From assembly GCA_965247115.1 (NCBI GenBank), contig CBDFGR010000003.1:224001-288000 (forward strand): 64,000 nucleotides of DNA, in the 5' to 3' direction. The translations under genes and the position numbers were made by a program. The notes beneath the pieces were generated by a model. It made no database searches and was not told the DNA's origin. It worked only from the letters and a program-made list of their open reading frames with translations. The stretch comes from Myxococcota bacterium. Lineage in GTDB: Bacteria; Myxococcota_A; UBA9160; SZUA-336. Below, piece after piece: positions 57,751-64,000 of the stretch; positions within the stretch are counted from its first letter, which is position 1; each line of letters starts with the position of its first letter.

Positions 57751-59027
57751 GCAGGCTGCGGAGAAAGTGACTGGTTGAGGGGTGGTCCTTCCGACGAGGG
57801 GGTTCACCGGCCGAGGGGCGGGGCGCGATTCCCGGTTCGAACCGGTCTTGGGCTCCGCTGATCGCGGGGCGGTTTCGCACATGACCTACGTGGCCTCCAG
57901 CAGCTTGCGGATCCGGATCAGGTTGTAGGCTGCGGCCGTGAAGGTGAAGACCCAGCCGACCCGATCCGTGCCGCGGTGTCGGGTCTTGCGCATCAGCCCC
58001 ACGGTCTTCATCCAGCCGAAGACCTCTTCCACCCGTTTGCGAAAACGCTGACTCAGTTCGTAGCCCCGGTGGCGCGTCGTCCGCCCGTCGATCGCGCTGC
58101 GTCGATTCGTCGTGTTCTGCGCCACGTGTGGGGTCACGCCCAACTCTCGAAGCTCTTCCACGAACCCCTTCGTGTCGAAGCCCTTGTCTCCGCCCAATGT
58201 CCTCCGACGCCCGCCTCCCAGACCTTCCACCATCTCGAGCGCCGCTTCGCGCTCCGCATATCCCGACGCCTGCGTGAGCTTCGCCGCGACCACCAAGCCG
58301 TTCCGGTTCTCCGTCACCACGTGTCCCTGGTACGCGAGTCGGGCGCCTTGGCCTCTCATACCGGCGAGTCGTGCGTCGGGATCCGTCGTCGACGCATGCG
58401 TCTGGTTGCTCCGCTTCTCGCCTCGGAAGTTCACCGTCGGGTTGCCCGGGTCATCGTCGTCTCTCCGTTCCTCGTCCTTCCGTACGAAGCTCTTCTGGCT
58501 CGCCCACGCCTCGATCAGCGTCCCGTCTACCGTGAAGTGCTCCAACGACACCCATCCCTCGGTCTCGGCCTGCTCCAGCACTGCGTCGAAGAAGTGCTCG
58601 GCAATCTCGCCCTTGAGCAGCCGGTCTCGGTTCTTCGTGAACACCGTGGCGCTGAACACCACCTCGTCAAGCTCCAGACCCACGAACCAGCGATACAGCA
58701 GGTTGTACTCCAGCTGCTCCACCAGCTGCCGCTCGCTCCGGATGGTGTAGAGCACCTGCAGCAGCAGGGCGCGCAGCAGCTGCTCCGGGGGCACGGACGG
58801 GCGCCCTACGCCTCTGGCGTAGATCGCGTCGAAGCGCGGCGATAGCCGCTGCAGCGCCGTGTCGACCATGCGCCGCATCGCTCGAAGCGGATGATCATCC
58901 GGAATCCGCGACTCCAGCGACACGTAGCTGAACATCCCGCCCTGAAGCGTCCCCTGTCCTCTCACGCCTCCCCCTTTGGGGCTCGCTCCCAAGGTACCCT
59001 TCGATGAGGAGTTTTTCAGCAGCCTGC
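57751..59027 (-). mobile_element. IS5-family insertion sequence, copy 2 (1277 bp)
   Basis: Same IRs, length and translated ORFs as 9507..10783; TA (CTAG context) at both ends. Confidence 0.92.
57886..58965 (-). CDS. IS5-family DDE transposase
   Basis: Protein identical to 9642..10721. Confidence 0.93.
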   Translation of the reverse strand: MRGQGTLQGGMFSYVSLESRIPDDHPLRAMRRMVDTALQRLSPRFDAIYARGVGRPSVPPEQLLRALLLQVLYTIRSERQLVEQLEYNLLYRWFVGLELDEVVFSATVFTKNRDRLLKGEIAEHFFDAVLEQAETEGWVSLEHFTVDGTLIEAWASQKSFVRKDEERRDDDDPGNPTVNFRGEKRSNQTHASTTDPDARLAGMRGQGARLAYQGHVVTENRNGLVVAAKLTQASGYAEREAALEMVEGLGGGRRRTLGGDKGFDTKGFVEELRELGVTPHVAQNTTNRRSAIDGRTTRHRGYELSQRFRKRVEEVFGWMKTVGLMRKTRHRGTDRVGWVFTFTAAAYNLIRIRKLLEAT

Positions 59028-59428
59028 TAGGCGTTGGATGCGCCCCACGCCTTGATGTCTACCTCGGGAGGCACCGGGACAAATACCATTCGTACGGGGC
59101 CCTCGAGTACCTTGCTGGTGTGCCCTTTTCCCTCGACGGTGTCCGGCATGAACACCTCGCCGGGGCCCCAGCGGCGCTTCTCTCCGTCGGTTGTTCCGAT
59201 CTCCCACACGCCGGTCAGCATGATGCAGAGCTGGCGCGTGGGCGCGTTGTGCCAGTCCTGAAACGTGCCTGACGGCGCCTCGTAGACCCGGACCGCCGGC
59301 GATGCGAAGGCCTCGCTGAAGCGCAGGGCGTTCCCCCAGGCGTCCGTGGTGCTTCTCTCCAGCGGAACGTCGAACTCGTCGAACGCAGAGCCCCCGTCCG
59401 CGTTCGTGTAGAACCGAGTCACGTGCAT
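59027..59428 (-). CDS. Cupin-like protein
   Basis: DWHNAPTRQ...E...DTVEGKGH; AGGAG RBS; stop coincides with the IS end. Confidence 0.8.
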   Translation of the reverse strand: MHVTRFYTNADGGSAFDEFDVPLERSTTDAWGNALRFSEAFASPAVRVYEAPSGTFQDWHNAPTRQLCIMLTGVWEIGTTDGEKRRWGPGEVFMPDTVEGKGHTSKVLEGPVRMVFVPVPPEVDIKAWGASNA

Positions 59429-59444
59429 GTGGTCTCCTGTGCGG

Positions 59445-60482
59445 CTAGCGCTGTACCGGCAAGCTGGCGCGGGCCCACGCCAGCATGCCGCCCTCGAGAT
59501 TCTCCACGTCTCGGAAGCCCGCTCGCTGCAGCATGGCGGTTGCGCTCGCCGAGCGCGCACCGGCGCGGCAGACCACGACGATGCTCTGATCGACGTAGCC
59601 GGCCAGCTTGGGCAGTCGGTGCTCCAGCGCATCCATCGGAACCAGGATCGCCCCCTCGATGTGTCCGAGCTCGCCGACGAACTCCTCGGGCTCGCGAACG
59701 TCGATCACGAAGGGTCGGGAGTCCGAGTGCAGGCTGCGAGCAAGTGCCGCCGGCTTGACCTGCCGGACGCCGGCGACCTCGGGGAAGTTCGGAAACGCGA
59801 CCTCGCCGGCCTCGAAGCTGGACTGGTTGACCTGCAGGACCTCCTGGATCTGGTCTGGAAGATCCAAGCCCAGGTTGGCCATCTGCTCGATGTACTCCTC
59901 GCGCGTCTTGCCGAGAAAGCGCTGGTTGGAGCGCTTCTCCTCGCCAATGGTCGAGCTGGAGAGGCCCTTGTAGTCGTGGCCCGGCCAGACCACCGTCTCG
60001 TCGGGGAGTTTGAACAGCCGCTGGGTGACAGCGTCGTACTGAGCACCCGGGTCGCCACCGGGGAAGTCTGTTCGGCCCGATCCTCCGATGAACAGCGTAT
60101 CTCCCGTCAGTACGGCGCCAGGAAGCCGCAGGCACATGGAGTCCGGCGTGTGGCCGGGTGTGTGAAGGACCTCGATGCGCGCGTCGCCCAGCTCCAGCAC
60201 CTCGCCGTCCTGGACGTGGTCGTCGACGATCGGATTCGGGCTCTCGCGGTGCATGACCAGCGGGGCCCCGAAGCCCTCCTTGATCTCCCGACTCATCATC
60301 AGGTGATCTGCGTGCGTGTGCGTCTCGACGAGCAGATCGAGGCGAAGGTCCCGGCCAGACAGCTCCCGCCTGTAGCGCTCGACCCGCTCGCGCACGGGGT
60401 CGACCAGGGCTGCGTGGATCCCGGACACGAGCAGGTAGGTCTTGCAGTTCGCGTCGTTGAGCTGGTGAATCGTGAACGCCAT
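59445..60482 (-). CDS. Persulfide dioxygenase (MBL)-rhodanese fusion
   Basis: ETHTHADH, TPGHT, TGDTLF, GRTDF, PGHDY; rhodanese CRAGARS. Confidence 0.88.
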   Translation of the reverse strand: MAFTIHQLNDANCKTYLLVSGIHAALVDPVRERVERYRRELSGRDLRLDLLVETHTHADHLMMSREIKEGFGAPLVMHRESPNPIVDDHVQDGEVLELGDARIEVLHTPGHTPDSMCLRLPGAVLTGDTLFIGGSGRTDFPGGDPGAQYDAVTQRLFKLPDETVVWPGHDYKGLSSSTIGEEKRSNQRFLGKTREEYIEQMANLGLDLPDQIQEVLQVNQSSFEAGEVAFPNFPEVAGVRQVKPAALARSLHSDSRPFVIDVREPEEFVGELGHIEGAILVPMDALEHRLPKLAGYVDQSIVVVCRAGARSASATAMLQRAGFRDVENLEGGMLAWARASLPVQR

Positions 60483-60597
60483 GGCTCTCCGCGGAACGGA
60501 ACTCCCGGTAGTCTGACAGCGGGTTTGCTACAGCGTCAAACGTTCGGAAACCGCTGTGGCGCGTCGGCTAGAATGCAGCTGAACAGGGAGGGAACTC

Positions 60598-61398
60598 ATG
60601 AGCAGGCTACAGGGCAAGGTCGCGATCGTGACGGGGGCGGCGTCGGGGATTGGCGAGGGAACCGCCCAGCGTTTCGCCGAAGAGGGTGCGCAGCTCGTGA
60701 TCTGCGACGTGCAGGCAGACAAGCTCGAGGATGTCGCGGCGAGCATAAACAGCGCGCGCGGGGAGAAGGTCTGCGTCGCCGTCCCAGCGGACGTCTCCCG
60801 GGCCTCAGACGTCGAGGGCGTCTGCCAGCAGGCGGCCGAGCGCTTCGGTGGCCTGGACATCATGTACAACAACGCCGGCATCGCACGGAGAGAGGGCAAC
60901 GTGCGCGACTGCCCCGAAGAGGTCTACGACCAGATCATGGCGATCAATCTGAAGGGCGTCTGGCTCGGCATGAAGTATTCCCTTCCACTGCTGGAACGGA
61001 GGGGGGGCGGCTCGATCATCTCCACCTCGTCGATCGCCGGGCTGGCCGGGCTCTCCGGCATCGGCGCCTACTGCGCCTCCAAGGGCGGCGTGATCGCCTT
61101 GACGCGCGCCGCCGCGGGCGAGTGGGCAGCGAAGCGGATCCGCATCAACTGCATCTGTCCTGGCGGCATCGCGACACCCATCATGGCCAGGGATCCCGAT
61201 GCAGCGCGGGACAACATCGCGCGCATCCACCCGATCGGTCGCAGCGGCGAGTCCCTCGACATCGCCAATGCGGCGCTGTGGCTCGCAAGCGATGAGTCCA
61301 CGCTCGTCACCGGACAGGCCATCGTCGTCGACGGGGGCTGGACCGGTACGGACCGCCGCTACGACGAGCTGAACCACGCCGACTGGACCAAGGTCTGA
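60598..61398 (+). CDS. SDR-family oxidoreductase
   Basis: TGAASGIG, NNAG, YCASK. Confidence 0.93.
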   Translation: MSRLQGKVAIVTGAASGIGEGTAQRFAEEGAQLVICDVQADKLEDVAASINSARGEKVCVAVPADVSRASDVEGVCQQAAERFGGLDIMYNNAGIARREGNVRDCPEEVYDQIMAINLKGVWLGMKYSLPLLERRGGGSIISTSSIAGLAGLSGIGAYCASKGGVIALTRAAAGEWAAKRIRINCICPGGIATPIMARDPDAARDNIARIHPIGRSGESLDIANAALWLASDESTLVTGQAIVVDGGWTGTDRRYDELNHADWTKV

Positions 61399-61476
61399 GC
61401 GTGCGGCCGGAGCCCGATTTCTCGGACCTCGATCCGTAACTCTCCCGAGCTGCTATGGTCTCGGGGACCTGGAGGA

Positions 61477-62619
61477 GTGTTCATGCAGCTACCGTACGAG
61501 AACATCATCGATGCGGACGGCCACATCCTGGAGCCCCCTGACCTCTGGGAGCGCTACATCGACCCTCCACTCCGCGATCGGGCGCTCCGGGTACGCGAGC
61601 ACGACGGCCGGCAGGTGATCGAGATGGACGGGGAACGGTCCCGCTTCTTCGACTTCAGGGTACTCAGCACCCTGGGCGCGATGGGCAAGAGCCCGGCGGA
61701 GGTCGAGGCGATGCTGGGCGATAGCCACTACCCCGACAGCGCTCCCTTCGGCTCGGCCGATCCCAAGGAGCGGGTCGAGCTGCTGGATCGCGAGGGACTC
61801 GCCAAGGCCATCCTCTACCCCAGTATCGGTCTGGTGTGGGAGTGCGAGCTGGATGATCCGGAGCTCCACATGGCCTATGCGCGCGCCTACAACCGCTGGA
61901 TCTGCGAGTTCTGCGGCGACAGCGGCGGTCGGCTGGTCGCGATCGCGCACATCTCGCTGGTCGAGCCGCTCGAGGCTGCCGCCGAGCTGGAGCGCTCGGT
62001 GCGCGCGGGCGCAAAGGGCGCCTTCTTGTCGCCCTATACCCGCACGCGTATCCCGCACGCTCATCCCGACCACGACGTCTTCTGGGCCAAGGCGCAGGAA
62101 CTCGACGTCCCGGTTGCCATCCACCCGATGAGCGAGCACCCAAAGATCCGGACCTACCAGCGCTTCGACGGCATGAAGCAGGCCCGCTGGATGCAGAACG
62201 CGCTCGGCATGCAGGGTCCGCAGCAGGCCTTCTACGGCCTCTTCCAGTGGGGGCTCTTCGATCGCTTCCCGCGGGTAAAGGCAGTGCTGCTCGAATCCGG
62301 CGCCGGCTGGATCGGCGCTTCCCTCGACCGCATGGACACCACGTTCGAGACGTCGCTCGGCGACGGCGTGCCGCTAAAGGAGAAGCCGAGCTTCTACTTC
62401 AGGCGACAGTGCTGGATCTCGGGCGATCCCGACGAGAAGGCCCTCCCACTCATCATCGATCACGTGGGCAGCGACCGTTTCTTCTGGGCCACCGACTTCC
62501 CGCACTTCGATCACCCCGGAAACTACATCGAAGAGCTCGAGCACCTGGTATCCGGGCTCTCGGAGACCACGGGCCGGAACATCCTCGGCGACGCGGCCGC
62601 AGCGGCCTACGGTCTGTAG
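61477..62619 (+). CDS. Amidohydrolase_2 family protein
   Basis: IDADGH, YNRW, AIHP, LESGAGW, WATDFPH. Confidence 0.9.
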   Translation: MFMQLPYENIIDADGHILEPPDLWERYIDPPLRDRALRVREHDGRQVIEMDGERSRFFDFRVLSTLGAMGKSPAEVEAMLGDSHYPDSAPFGSADPKERVELLDREGLAKAILYPSIGLVWECELDDPELHMAYARAYNRWICEFCGDSGGRLVAIAHISLVEPLEAAAELERSVRAGAKGAFLSPYTRTRIPHAHPDHDVFWAKAQELDVPVAIHPMSEHPKIRTYQRFDGMKQARWMQNALGMQGPQQAFYGLFQWGLFDRFPRVKAVLLESGAGWIGASLDRMDTTFETSLGDGVPLKEKPSFYFRRQCWISGDPDEKALPLIIDHVGSDRFFWATDFPHFDHPGNYIEELEHLVSGLSETTGRNILGDAAAAAYGL

Positions 62620-63797
62620 CGCAATCCGATGCGGTCGGGCGCAACTTCCTCCCAGCCGTGGTTGTCCAGTCCGAATAGGTACTTGCCAGCCGACTCGTAG
62701 TGCACGGGCAGCGCGGCAGCGTGCTGCTTCGAAACGTGGACGTCGCGGAAGAAGCGCTCCAGGCGGTTGCCGTCGAAGATCGCGTTCGTTCCTGCCGCGT
62801 GAAAGACGATGTCGACGGCCCGAACCGCCTCGTGGACCGCATGGATGATCGCGAGGCGCAGCTGCACGATCGCTGGCAATGGGTCGCGCTCCCTGTCTTG
62901 CGCCGCCTCCCAGCCCGTGTGCAGGGCGTCTACGAGATAGGCACGCGCGGCGCTCACGATCGCCTCCGCCTGTCCGATCTGCGCCTGGACGGGAGGCCGG
63001 TCGCGGAGCAGGTCGGCCGACGCGGCAGAGGACTTCTGACTCGCTAGTCTGCAAAACTCGTCGATGGCGGCCCGGGCGATTCCCAGCGAAACTCCGGCGT
63101 TCAGCGACCAGCCCCAGAGGATCACGAATCGCCCCCGGTACAGCGGATCATCCACGGCATCGCGGCCGCCTCCCGGTCGATAGGCTCGCTCGCGCGGGAC
63201 GAATACATCGCGAACCTCGAAGTCGCGACTGGCCGTCCCGCGCATTCCAAGAACGTGCCAGGTATCGATGACCTTGCCCTCGGAGACGGGGATGTAGGTC
63301 ATGACTTCCGCGTCTGCGTCTTCCGCGGTGCAGGTCGCGAAGATCCAGTTCGAGTGGGTGACCCCACTGATGAAATTCCAGCGACCGCTGACGCGGTAGC
63401 CGCCCTCGACCTCGGTCGCGGTACCGAGCGAGCGGGCCGAGCCCGCGATCCTGACACGTCCGTCGGGGCCCTCCATCGCGCGGACCACGTCTTGCGGCAG
63501 CCAGCCAAAGACGGTGCTGATGGTCGAGGAGTTCATCGCGACCCAGCCAACCGACCCATCGGCCTTGGAGAGCTCCTCGACGACTCGGAGCGCCGTCAAC
63601 GGATGCGCTTGCTCGCCGCCGTGGCTCCTCGGCGCAAAGAGCATGAAGAGGTTGGCGGCGGCCATGGCATCGGCGAGATCTGGCGGGATCTGCCTCGCCT
63701 CATCGATGCGGTCCGCCAGAGCGAGGATCCGCGGGACGAGGGCCAGGGCCCGAGCCACGAGCTCCTCGTCGACTTCATCGAGCTCGGATCGCTTCAT
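62607..63797 (-). CDS. Acyl-CoA dehydrogenase-fold flavin monooxygenase (HsaA-like)
   Basis: GRWNFISG, DTWHVLGMRGTAS, LERFFRDVH; start uncertain (63797 or 63863). Confidence 0.85.
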   Translation of the reverse strand: MKRSELDEVDEELVARALALVPRILALADRIDEARQIPPDLADAMAAANLFMLFAPRSHGGEQAHPLTALRVVEELSKADGSVGWVAMNSSTISTVFGWLPQDVVRAMEGPDGRVRIAGSARSLGTATEVEGGYRVSGRWNFISGVTHSNWIFATCTAEDADAEVMTYIPVSEGKVIDTWHVLGMRGTASRDFEVRDVFVPRERAYRPGGGRDAVDDPLYRGRFVILWGWSLNAGVSLGIARAAIDEFCRLASQKSSAASADLLRDRPPVQAQIGQAEAIVSAARAYLVDALHTGWEAAQDRERDPLPAIVQLRLAIIHAVHEAVRAVDIVFHAAGTNAIFDGNRLERFFRDVHVSKQHAAALPVHYESAGKYLFGLDNHGWEEVAPDRIGLRYRP

Positions 63798-63918
63798 GCG
63801 GAGAGATCGTACAACCAATTGTGGATCATATGGGGCCGACGGAACGTCCGCTTCTCGAGTCAATCGTAGAGCGAGCCCCTGTAAGCTACACGGTCAGAAG
63901 TCACGAGGAGCAAGTGAA

Positions 63919-64000
63919 GTGAGCTTCAAGCATCCGGCCGAAGAGAACTTCGGCGGCATCATCGGGCGCACCGTCAGTGAGTCCACCCCCTGGTGGCCCG
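63919..64000 (+). CDS. Probable arylsulfatase, 5' end only
   Basis: GAGGAG RBS; MSFKHPAEENFGGIIGRTVSESTPWWP resembles the arylsulfatase N-terminal FxGxIGRT...SxPWWP. Confidence 0.55.
   Translation, partial: MSFKHPAEENFGGIIGRTVSESTPWWP

Overview
High-GC bacterial chromosome window, most likely Myxococcota or a related deltaproteobacterial lineage (inferred from RomR, an MglA-like GTPase and stand-alone PilZ proteins). The left ~25 kb is core and regulatory: anmK, a duplicated GT4/methyltransferase cluster, two sigma-54 enhancer-binding proteins, fliA-flgM, PP2C, romR-nadC-birA-coaX-EF-G2-hypothetical-MglA-like, ald/JAMM/Rrf2, ABC-F and tRNA-Leu(CAG). The region after the tRNA is accessory and catabolic, with several decayed genes: GSTs, PdxA, dehydrogenases, NrtR, BVMO, a PQQ/haem dehydrogenase, an adenylate cyclase, two single-chain acyl-CoA carboxylases, GpgS, patatin, a degenerate DinB and a persulfide dioxygenase-rhodanese. 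Two apparently identical 1277-bp IS5-family copies and a REP-like repeat family are present. The most interesting signal is a candidate flagellar-type cascade with no flagellar structural genes in the window: FleQ-like activator, GTCA-N6-TGAC box and sigma-54 promoter, then fliA and a short flgM. A sigma-28-type motif, TCAAG-N16-CCGAT, recurs just before the start codons of a PilZ gene, an NtrC-like gene and a PP2C gene, with a variant before romR. This suggests a sigma-28 regulon rewired to polarity and signalling genes. All calls were made by eye without database searches, and the frameshifts could be sequencing or assembly errors.
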